From assembly GCA_031414955.1 (NCBI GenBank), contig JANOQV010000109.1:1-37290 (forward strand): a stretch of 37,290 bases of DNA, read 5' to 3'. This document shows, piece after piece, positions 17,939-25,774 of the stretch. Numbering within the stretch: the stretch's first letter is position 1; every line of letters starts with the position of its first letter. A model generated the notes under the pieces. The model was not told where the DNA came from. It ran no database searches and was given only the letters and a program-made list of their open reading frames with translations. This stretch comes from Pedosphaera sp. Lineage in GTDB: Bacteria; Verrucomicrobiota; Verrucomicrobiia; Limisphaerales; SIBH01. A program made the position numbers and the translations under genes.

Positions 17939-19662
17939 ACGTCACGGACTGGATTGTGTTGCTCGGCACCATGCTCGGTATCGCCGCGTATGGAACGTGG
18001 CGGACCCGGCACACGGACAATCTCAACACCTACCTCAAGGGCAATCACAACACCGGCTGGCTGACCATCGGCCTGTCGGTCATGGCCACGCAGGCGAGCA
18101 CCATCACCTATCTCTCGCTGCCCGGCCAGGCCTACGAGAACGGGATCGCGTTTATCCAAAACTATTTCGGCTTGCCGCTCGCGCTCATCATCGTGTGCGT
18201 GGCCTTCCTGCCGATTTATCGGAGGCTCGGCGTGTATACAGCCTACGAGTATCTGGGCAAACGCTTCGACGCCAAAACCCGGTTGCTCGGCGCGGCGCTC
18301 TTCCTCCTGCAACGCGGCTTGCAGGCCGGCATCACGATCTATGCGCCGGCCATCATCCTCTCGACCGTGCTCGGCTGGCGGCTCGAACTGACGATTATTT
18401 TCACTGGCCTTCTCGTGATTGTTTACACCGTCACCGGCGGCAGCGCGGCGGTGAACCTGACGCAGAAGTGGCAGATGGCCGTCATCTTTGGCGGCATGGT
18501 CACGGCGTTCGTCGTGCTGCTGACGAAGTTGCCGCCCGACGCGGTGAACATCGCCGGCGCGATGGGCAAGCTGCAGGCCGTGGACTTCACGCCGGACTTG
18601 AAGCGGCGCTACACATTTTGGAGCGGAATGTTGGGCGGATTATTTTTATCGCTCTCGTATTTCGGCACCGACCAGTCGCAGGTGCAACGCTACATCGGCG
18701 GGGCTGCGTTGCGTGAAGGCCGCCTGGGGCTGATGTTCAATGCGGTGTTCAAGATTCCCATGCAGTTCCTCATCGTGATGCTCGGTGCCCTGCTGTTCGT
18801 CTTTTATCAGTTCCAACCAAACACCCCGGTTTTCTTCAACCAGACGGAGTGGCAACGCCATGCACAGGGACCGCAGGCGGCGACCTTCCGCGCCATCGAG
18901 GTGAAGCACGCCGCGCTGCACGCGGACAAACAGGAAAAGATTCGCGTCTGGGTGGCCGCACGCGATCGCGGCGAGACGGCTGCGGAAACCGCAGCGCGGA
19001 CGGCCATGGTGGAGGCACAAAAGGCGTCTGGCGCAGTCCGGCAGGAGGCGCGCGATGCACTGCGGGCTGTTGATCCGAAAGCGAAGATCAAGGATTCGGA
19101 CTACGTGTTCATCACCTTCATCCTGACCCAACTGCCGCATGGCGTGATCGGGCTGCTGATCGCGGTGATGTTCGCCTCCGCGCTTTCCTCCAAGGCCGGC
19201 GAACTCAACGCGCTGGGCACCACCAGCACGATTGATCTGTGGCGGCATTTCCGGCCGCTGGCCGCGCAGGACGAGCCGCGAAATGTCCGCAACGCAAAAT
19301 GGTTCACAGCCGCGTGGGGCTTCTTCGCCATCGGCTTCGCGCTCTTCGTCAGCTTCGCGGAGAACCTGATCGAGGCGCTCAATATCGTGGCGTCCATTTT
19401 TTATCCGGCGCTGCTCGGAGTGTTTGTGGTGGCGTTCTTCCTTAAAAAAGTGGGCGGCTCGGCGGTCTTCTGGGCCGCGGTGGCGGCGCAGATTCTCGTC
19501 CTGGCGCTTTTTGCTTTGGGCAAATTTTATCCGGCCCGTGAGATCGGTTATCTCTGGTTCAACCCGATCGGCTGCGCGGCGTGTGTGCTGTTCAGTCTCG
19601 TGCTCCAAGCGGTGCTCGGGACAACGAAGCCGCCACTCGGGCACGTTCCTCCAGCCGCATGA
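17935..19662 (+). CDS. Sodium:solute symporter (SSS/SLC5 family)
   Basis: GLSVMATQASTITYLSLPGQAY, TAYEYLGKRFD, YTVTGG, GTDQSQVQRY, LPHGVIGLLIAVMFASALSS; many TM helices. Confidence 0.92.
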   Translation: MNVTDWIVLLGTMLGIAAYGTWRTRHTDNLNTYLKGNHNTGWLTIGLSVMATQASTITYLSLPGQAYENGIAFIQNYFGLPLALIIVCVAFLPIYRRLGVYTAYEYLGKRFDAKTRLLGAALFLLQRGLQAGITIYAPAIILSTVLGWRLELTIIFTGLLVIVYTVTGGSAAVNLTQKWQMAVIFGGMVTAFVVLLTKLPPDAVNIAGAMGKLQAVDFTPDLKRRYTFWSGMLGGLFLSLSYFGTDQSQVQRYIGGAALREGRLGLMFNAVFKIPMQFLIVMLGALLFVFYQFQPNTPVFFNQTEWQRHAQGPQAATFRAIEVKHAALHADKQEKIRVWVAARDRGETAAETAARTAMVEAQKASGAVRQEARDALRAVDPKAKIKDSDYVFITFILTQLPHGVIGLLIAVMFASALSSKAGELNALGTTSTIDLWRHFRPLAAQDEPRNVRNAKWFTAAWGFFAIGFALFVSFAENLIEALNIVASIFYPALLGVFVVAFFLKKVGGSAVFWAAVAAQILVLALFALGKFYPAREIGYLWFNPIGCAACVLFSLVLQAVLGTTKPPLGHVPPAA

Positions 19663-19684
19663 ACCCGCACTGTGCCCACATTTT

Positions 19685-19891
19685 CAATCCCAACGGGATT
19701 GTGTCCCCCAGCCCGGAGTTGCGATTTGCAGCGCCGGGCATGCTGAAAGCGCCAGATCCGACTCCCTCTCCCCTCAACGGGGAGAGGGCTGGGGTGAGGG
19801 GTGGAAACGTCACGAATCATCGCCGATGTGAGAGTGGCGGGCGGCATCACCCCTCACCCCTAACCCCTCTCCCCGTTGAGGGGAGAGGGGA
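19685..19891. repeat. Intergenic REP cluster: CAATCCC-AAC-GGGATTG palindrome plus an inverted pair of CCCTCTCCC...GGGAGAGGG...GGGGTGAGGG units
   Basis: Palindrome at 19685-19701; arms 19762-19803 and 19848-19891 are near reverse complements; same family as 30959-31099. Confidence 0.85.
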
Positions 19892-19966
19892 ACCAGAGTT
19901 GGCCCGCCGTTTCAATCGCACTCGACCAGTGTTCTTCGATTTCAATGTCCATTTCCGCTGCACAAC

Positions 19967-20740
19967 ATGAGCGCGCCAGTCATCTGTTTCGGCCAGCAAC
20001 CTTGCGGAATCTTTCCGCGCCGCTACCTGTTCGCGAAAATCCAGACCGCTCGGCGACTGCAACGCGAACTGGGCGGCGAGATCGTTTTCTTCTATCACGA
20101 CAGCGATCATGATCCGCGCGAAACGCGGACGAGCCTGCGCCACCGCAAAACCAACGAACAGGCCCAGCTCAATTTCGCCGTGGAGAACAAACTTCAGCGC
20201 AAGTTCTCGCCGCTGTTCCTGAAACGCATTGCTGCCGACTGGCCGGCCAAGACCGCGCTGCAACTGCCCAATTACGTGGAGGGTCGCCTGATTGAAATTT
20301 TCAAGAACACTACCGCAGTCACCGTGGCCGACTTCTGTCTGGAGATGTATCGCGGCCTGGGGCTGCTGGAGGGAATCCGCGTCGCGAGGTCAGGCGATCC
20401 GGCCTTACGCCGTGCCGCCTGCGACGTGTCGGAGTTTTTCGTGGACGTGCCGCACGAAAGTGAAATCGTGCGCGCTCGTTTCTCCAACGGAACGTTGCAA
20501 TTGCACGAGGGCGGCGACTCCTTCGTGACGTTGCCCCCGACGCCTTTCACCAAGGAGCAAATCAGCCCGACGCGCGACAGCCGTCTGCGCTGGATGCAAT
20601 CGGTCCTGCATTGCACCCACTACATTGCCGGCGCGGGCGAACAAGCCTACCTGCAGCAGGAAGATGCGCCGGAGATTGCCTTTGTCTGCCGCGACACGAT
20701 AGATCGTCCCGATGAAGCCTACACCGAACTCCCAAACTGA
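19967..20740 (+). CDS. bshC: Short BshC-like protein (putative bacillithiol cysteine-adding enzyme, 257 aa)
   Basis: FGQQPCGIF...AKIQTARRLQRELG...VFFYHDSDHD and YIAGAGEQAY correspond to the BshC motifs TGQQ.G...K...A..L...VFW...DHD and YIGGPGE.AY. Overlaps bshB1; bshA is nearby. Confidence 0.65.
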   Translation: MSAPVICFGQQPCGIFPRRYLFAKIQTARRLQRELGGEIVFFYHDSDHDPRETRTSLRHRKTNEQAQLNFAVENKLQRKFSPLFLKRIAADWPAKTALQLPNYVEGRLIEIFKNTTAVTVADFCLEMYRGLGLLEGIRVARSGDPALRRAACDVSEFFVDVPHESEIVRARFSNGTLQLHEGGDSFVTLPPTPFTKEQISPTRDSRLRWMQSVLHCTHYIAGAGEQAYLQQEDAPEIAFVCRDTIDRPDEAYTELPN

Positions 20741-21449
20741 CCTCGCGCCCCTGCTCGCGTTTGGCGCGCACCCCGACGACATCGAATTCGGATGCGGCGG
20801 CGTGATCGCGTTGGAAACGCGCTTCGGACGCAAAGCCCATCTCGTCGTCTGCTCGCGCGGAGAATCCGGTTCGCACGGCACGCCGGAAGATCGTGTGGAT
20901 GAAGCGAAGCAGGCCGCCGCGTTGCTCGGTGCGACCGTGGAGTTTGTCGAACTGGATGGTGACGCGCATCTGGAACTGAAATCCGCCCACGCCATCAAAC
21001 TCGCCAGCATCATGCGCCGCGTGCAGCCGGGCGTCGTCCTCGCGCCGAGTCTGGTTGAGAATCAGCACCCCGATCATTGGCGGCTCGGCCGGCTGGTGCG
21101 GGACGCCGCCCGGCTCGCGCGTTATGGCGGCGTGCCGGAACTGCGCGCACAGGCTCCCCACTCGATCCAGCAACTGTGGTTCTACGCCGTGACACCCGAG
21201 GCCGAACCTCGCGACATCTCGCCCGTGCTCATCGACATCTCCGCGCCGGAAATTCTCGCCGCGTGGACCGCCGCGATGGAAGCGCACACGTCGCAGACTT
21301 CCGCGCGCAACTACATCGAGTTGCAAACCACCCGCGCCCGCCTGAACGGACTGCGCGCCGGCACCGGCCATGCCATCGCCCTGTTCCCCAACGACCCGCC
21401 CGTGCTCGACTCGCTCGAACAACTCAGCCGTGGCGCGCGCCGCTTCTGA
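20712..21449 (+). CDS. bshB1: GlcNAc-malate deacetylase BshB1-like (PIG-L family)
   Basis: LLAFGAHPDDIEFGCGG, SRGESGSHGTPEDRVDEAKQAAALLG, HPDH, AHTSQ; context with bshC-like and bshA. Confidence 0.78.
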   Translation: MKPTPNSQTDLAPLLAFGAHPDDIEFGCGGVIALETRFGRKAHLVVCSRGESGSHGTPEDRVDEAKQAAALLGATVEFVELDGDAHLELKSAHAIKLASIMRRVQPGVVLAPSLVENQHPDHWRLGRLVRDAARLARYGGVPELRAQAPHSIQQLWFYAVTPEAEPRDISPVLIDISAPEILAAWTAAMEAHTSQTSARNYIELQTTRARLNGLRAGTGHAIALFPNDPPVLDSLEQLSRGARRF

Positions 21450-21527
21450 CTGGCTGTACGACGGCACGAGAGAAACTCTGGCGAGGCCCCGAAACTGACG
21501 GTAGGCGAGTGGAGTCGATGGTGGACG

Positions 21528-22085
21528 CTACTCGACATTCTTGATTTCCGTGAACAACCACGCTCGTGCATAAGCCCACCAGCGTTTGGCCGTGGCTTCG
21601 GAGATGCCGAGGACTTCGGCGGCTTCTTCGATCTTCAGGCCGACGAAGTAGCGGAGCTTGACCAGTTCGGCCTGCTGCGGTTCCAGCGTGGCGAAAAGAT
21701 CGAGGGCGTCGTTGAGCGCGAGAAATTGGTCGTCGGGCGCGGGGCTGGCGATTTCGAGTGCGTCGGCGTCGAGGTGTTCGGCCCCGGAGCCACGGCGTTG
21801 GCGGCTCTTGCGGCGGGCGCGGTCGATGAGAATGCGGCGCATGGCCTCGGCGGCGGCACCGAAGAAGTGCGCACGGTTCTGCCAGGATTGCGCGGGAGCA
21901 TCAACCAGCTTGAGCCAGGCTTCGTGGACGAGCGCGGTGGGCTGGAGCGTGTGGCCGGCGGGTTCCGCGGACATCTTGTGCGCGGCGAGCCGGCGCAGTT
22001 CCTGATAAACGAGCGGCAGCAATTCGTCGGTGGATTTGGCATCGCCTTGTTCGATGGCCGTGAGGATGCGCGTGACTTCGCTCAT
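21528..22085 (-). CDS. ECF RNA polymerase sigma factor of the kinase-associated PVC type (TIGR02999-like, 185 aa)
   Basis: MSEVTRIL...ELLPLVYQELRRLAA...HTLQPTALVHEAWLKL...HFFGAAAEAMRRILID...VKLRYFVGL...WAYARAWL. Real start is ATG 22085. Confidence 0.92.
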   Translation of the reverse strand: MSEVTRILTAIEQGDAKSTDELLPLVYQELRRLAAHKMSAEPAGHTLQPTALVHEAWLKLVDAPAQSWQNRAHFFGAAAEAMRRILIDRARRKSRQRRGSGAEHLDADALEIASPAPDDQFLALNDALDLFATLEPQQAELVKLRYFVGLKIEEAAEVLGISEATAKRWWAYARAWLFTEIKNVE

Positions 22086-22086
22086 G

Positions 22087-22269
22087 CTACGGTTTTTTTG
22101 CGGTGGCTTTCTTCGCGGCTTCGGACTGGTCGAACTCGGCCAGTAGTGCTTCAAGTCGTTGGCGGAGGGCTGCTTCACCTTCACATTCGGCGTCGAGCCA
22201 GGCCGCGCGTTTCGCAGCGGGCTTGCTGAGCGCAAGCTGGAACAGGAGGGCTTCGCGGTTAGGGTTCAT
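22087..22269 (-). CDS. 60-aa stand-alone homolog of the N-terminal helical extension of ECF-associated Ser/Thr kinases
   Basis: EALLFQLALSKPAAKRAAWLDAECEGEAALRQRLEALL aligns by eye with the neighbouring kinase N-terminus EQAVFAEALLRPTPEARVAYLDGTCGLDTPLRRRVEALL. ATGA overlap with the kinase stop; its stop is 1 nt from the sigma ATG. Confidence 0.75.
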   Translation of the reverse strand: MNPNREALLFQLALSKPAAKRAAWLDAECEGEAALRQRLEALLAEFDQSEAAKKATAKKP

Positions 22270-25200
22270 GGCTGTTTGCTCTCCACTTTCTCCTTGGCTT
22301 CCTTCGCAGCGATCTCTTCAAACGAAGGCGCCCGCAAAACGTGAAGCGGTCCTTTGCCGCCGCCCATGACGAACATCCGCGAATCCGGCGAGAAGGCCAG
22401 GTAGTACGGTGGCTGGCTCTTGGGCGTGAAGCTGACGATCTCACGGAACGTGGCCAGATGCCACAGTTTGACCGTGCTGGTGCTTGACGACGCGAGAGTT
22501 TTGCCGTCGGGCGAAACCGCCAATTTAGCAACGGCCCCTTCATGCCCAATGATCTTCACCCGTGCCCGTCGCTCACGGATGTCCCAAACGATGATCAGGC
22601 CATCTTGACCGCCAGTAACCAGGGTATTGCCGTCTGGAGCGATGACCAAGCTGGCAATAAACATTTTGTGACCATTGAGATCACCTAGCTGCCGCCCGCT
22701 GATGCGATCCCATACCACCGCCTTCGAGGAGCCATTGTCCACCGTCACAAAATGCTTTTCATCCGGCGAGAACGCGAAATTGTCAAAGTTTGCCTCGAAA
22801 GCCGCTAGCGCCTGGCCATCATCAACACTCCAGAATCGCAGTTGCCGGGGCGACCAAGTGGCCAACGTTTTCGTGTCGTGCGAGAGGGCGGCGCCATTGA
22901 TTTCTCCGCTCTCTCGCAGAGTGGTTTGTGACCGAACCGAATGCGATCTGGTATCCCAGAACGTAAGGGTGCCGGCCCGCTCCACGGTTATCAAACCCTT
23001 CCCACCATCATACAGCGCGAGAGGTTCGGCTGGTCGTTCGGACAAACGTTTGGGCTGGGCGGTAGCGCTGTCCCACAGGACCACCCGTCCGCGGGAATCC
23101 ATGGCGACCAGCATTGAGGTGTCCTGCGAAATCAACGGGGCCGAACCAACCCCCGGGATGAGAGTGGCCGGTCTTTCCGGATGCACGGGCCAAAGCATGA
23201 TCGTTTCATCTTTGCTGCCGGTCACGAGGGTTTGGCCGTCCGGCGTGAACTTCACGGCCCAGACTTCGTCTCCGTGACCGCGCAGGATGCCTTTGGTTTG
23301 CCAGCTTCCCACGTCCCATAGACGCACGGTCTGGTCCGAACTCGCGGTCGCCAGAATTTTCCCATCAGGAGAGAAGGCCATGTCCCAAACCATTCCAGTG
23401 TGTCCGGCGAGGTTAGTCAAAACGCGCTGCCCCGCCAGATCCCAGACGAGCAGATCTCCGGCCCAATAACTCACCACGAGATTTTTCCCATCAGGAGAGA
23501 AGGCCATCGACTGGACGGTAGCTGCCTTGGGCAAGTGACCGACGGATTGTTGGGAAGCCAGATTCCACAGAGTTACGCCTTCGTTCTGGCCACCCAGCGC
23601 GAGCACGCTCGCATCCGGATAAAACGCGACCCGGGCGCCGCCGCGCGGAATCCGGGCCACTTCCCGGTTGGCCACGTAGTCCCACACTGTCACGTCCTTT
23701 CCGGCGCCTGGGTAAAAGTCTCCGCTGGAGCCGTAGGCGAGCAGATTACCCTTGGGCGCAAAAACCACGGCCGCAATATCTCCGTCGAAAGTAGCCAGTA
23801 ACCGCAAGTTTGTCGCGTCCCAGAGGGTAACGCCTTTCCCAAAGAGGCCAGCCGCGAACACTTTGCCATCCGGTGCGAACGCAACCGAATAGAGCCCATC
23901 CTGGAAGTTTAAGGTCGAGATCAGCTTGTGAGAGGCGAGATCCCACAGCCGCACCGTGCCGTCCTGGCTGCCGGACAAAATGGTCTTGCCGTCGGGCGAC
24001 AGGGCAATGGACACGACGACTCTGGAGTGGCCGCGCAACGTGGCAAGATTGTCCCCTCGTGCGGCTTCCCACAGGTAGCGCCATTCAAATCCACGAACAT
24101 CTGTCCGACCGGGTGCCGGCCGATGCCCATCCAGCAAGGCACGCGCGTAGCCCAAGTTTCCAACCTTGATCGCCTGCTGAGCGAGGTTCATGTCGGCCGC
24201 ATAGAGGTTTTGGCGCGCAGCCAGTTCGTTTTCTTCCGCTTTTTTGCGCTCAACCGCCTCGCCTGCGCGCGCGCGATCCGCATCTTCACGAAGTCGAGTT
24301 TGCAAGCTTTCCGCCGCTACCGCCCGGTCATGCGCCTTGGTTTCGCGAAAGAATAACCACAGTGAAACGCCCAAGCCAATCATCAGCGTGGCCATGACGG
24401 CGGTGGCGGCCGCGAAGGCCAGCTTGTTGCGGCGCACCATTTTCTGGAAGCGATAGCCGGTGCTTGGCGGACGCGCGACAACCGGCTCGTTGTCCAGATG
24501 ACGCTGGACGTCCGCCGCCAGACCGTTGGCGGTTTCGTAACGACGGGTGCGGTCCTTCTCCAGCGCCTTCATCACGATCCAGTCCAGATCGCCGCGCAAC
24601 AAAGTCCCGAGCCGCGCCGGTTCCGCGTGGCGGTGACTGGCCACGGCGGTGAGGTCGGCGGCCAGCAGTGTGCTCAGTCGCGTGGAGGGTCGGGCCGGTT
24701 CCTGTTCCAGGATGATGCGGCGCATCGCGTCCAGTCCGCCGGCCATCAATTCCTTGGCATCGAACGGCGTGCGGCCGGTGAGCAATTCGTAGAGCAGCAC
24801 GCCGAGCGCGTAAATGTCCGTGCGCGTGTCGATGTCCAGGCTCGTCATCATGGCCTGCTCAGGACTCATGTAGGCGGGTGTGCCGATGAACTGCTCGAAG
24901 GCGGTGAACACGGTCTTGTCCGTCAGGCGCTGGCCGGTGGTGGCCTTGGCGATGCCGAAATCAATGACCTTGGGACAGCCCGGCGAACCGGGTTCGCTGA
25001 TGGTGACGAGGATGTTCGACGGCTTGATGTCGCGATGGATGATGCCCTTCTGGTGCGCGTGCTGGATGGCCTGGCAGACTTGCGTGAACAGTTTCAACCG
25101 TTCTTCCGTGGGCAGATTGTTCTGGTCGCAGTAGTCGGTGATTTTGATCCCGCGCACCAGTTCCATGACGAAGTAAGGCCGTCCGGTTTGCGTCGCGCCA

Positions 25201-25655
25201 CCGTCGAGTACCTTGGCGATGTTCGGATGGTCCATCAACGCCAGCGCCTGCCGCTCGGCCTCGAAGCGCGCGATGACTTCCTTGGTGTCCATGCCGAGCT
25301 TGATGACCTTGAGCGCCACGCGACGGCGCACCGGCTCCTCCTGCTCCGCCATGTAAACGACGCCGCAACCGCCTTCGCCGATTTGCTGGAGGAGTTTGTA
25401 ACGTCCGATTTTGTCGCCCGGTTGCTCGCTGGGCACGTTCACGACCATGGTTGTGCCGCCGGCATTCGACAAACCCGTCGGCGGTTCTTCCAGAAAATCA
25501 CCGGCGTTTTGCGCGGCGCGGAGCAAGGCCTCGACGCGCCGGCGCAACGGCGTGTCCAACCCGCAAGTTCCATCCAAATACGCGACGCGGGCTTCCGGCG
25601 TGGGGCGCAGGAGCGCCTCGGCAAACACGGCTTGTTCAGGCGATGCAGGTTTCAT
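22266..25655 (-). CDS. Ser/Thr protein kinase with one TM helix and C-terminal WD40 repeats
   Basis: IGEGGCGVVY, VALKVIK, HRDIKPSN, DFGIAK, GTPAYMSPE; TM LAFAAATAVMATLMIGLGVSLWLFF; many GH...FSPDG...SGS.D.TVRLWD repeats. Start 25655 preferred over 25676. Confidence 0.93.
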   Translation of the reverse strand: MKPASPEQAVFAEALLRPTPEARVAYLDGTCGLDTPLRRRVEALLRAAQNAGDFLEEPPTGLSNAGGTTMVVNVPSEQPGDKIGRYKLLQQIGEGGCGVVYMAEQEEPVRRRVALKVIKLGMDTKEVIARFEAERQALALMDHPNIAKVLDGGATQTGRPYFVMELVRGIKITDYCDQNNLPTEERLKLFTQVCQAIQHAHQKGIIHRDIKPSNILVTISEPGSPGCPKVIDFGIAKATTGQRLTDKTVFTAFEQFIGTPAYMSPEQAMMTSLDIDTRTDIYALGVLLYELLTGRTPFDAKELMAGGLDAMRRIILEQEPARPSTRLSTLLAADLTAVASHRHAEPARLGTLLRGDLDWIVMKALEKDRTRRYETANGLAADVQRHLDNEPVVARPPSTGYRFQKMVRRNKLAFAAATAVMATLMIGLGVSLWLFFRETKAHDRAVAAESLQTRLREDADRARAGEAVERKKAEENELAARQNLYAADMNLAQQAIKVGNLGYARALLDGHRPAPGRTDVRGFEWRYLWEAARGDNLATLRGHSRVVVSIALSPDGKTILSGSQDGTVRLWDLASHKLISTLNFQDGLYSVAFAPDGKVFAAGLFGKGVTLWDATNLRLLATFDGDIAAVVFAPKGNLLAYGSSGDFYPGAGKDVTVWDYVANREVARIPRGGARVAFYPDASVLALGGQNEGVTLWNLASQQSVGHLPKAATVQSMAFSPDGKNLVVSYWAGDLLVWDLAGQRVLTNLAGHTGMVWDMAFSPDGKILATASSDQTVRLWDVGSWQTKGILRGHGDEVWAVKFTPDGQTLVTGSKDETIMLWPVHPERPATLIPGVGSAPLISQDTSMLVAMDSRGRVVLWDSATAQPKRLSERPAEPLALYDGGKGLITVERAGTLTFWDTRSHSVRSQTTLRESGEINGAALSHDTKTLATWSPRQLRFWSVDDGQALAAFEANFDNFAFSPDEKHFVTVDNGSSKAVVWDRISGRQLGDLNGHKMFIASLVIAPDGNTLVTGGQDGLIIVWDIRERRARVKIIGHEGAVAKLAVSPDGKTLASSSTSTVKLWHLATFREIVSFTPKSQPPYYLAFSPDSRMFVMGGGKGPLHVLRAPSFEEIAAKEAKEKVESKQP

Positions 25656-25677
25656 GGGATTCGATTCATCGCCCATA

Positions 25678-25707
25678 CATGCGCCATTGAGCCGGAAAAA
25701 GGCTCAC
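25678..25707 (-). promoter_or_regulatory. Putative ECF promoter GTGAGCCTTT-N11-TGGCGCATG driving the kinase/mini-protein/sigma operon
   Basis: Reverse complement reads GTGAGCCTTT TTCCGGCTCAA TGGCGCATG; both boxes are identical to those at 25731-25760. Confidence 0.7.
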
Positions 25708-25730
25708 GACACACGAAAAGAAAAGATCGC

Positions 25731-25760
25731 GTGAGCCTTTCCTTCGGGATTTGGCGCATG
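25731..25760 (+). promoter_or_regulatory. Putative ECF promoter GTGAGCCTTT-N11-TGGCGCATG driving the ScyD/ScyE-like gene
   Basis: GTGAGCCTTT CCTTCGGGATT TGGCGCATG, ending 14 nt before ATG 25775; mirror of 25678-25707. Confidence 0.7.
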
Positions 25761-25774
25761 ACGGGGTGAACATC

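Noticed and set aside
19581..19970. ORFs across the symporter-bshC gap (PSPLNGERAGVRG...)
   Set aside because: Translations of REP arms with no coding signature.
22086..22235. 50-aa N-terminal extension of the ECF sigma
   Set aside because: Overlaps the 60-aa mini-gene in another frame; the family-typical start MSEVTRIL is at 22085.
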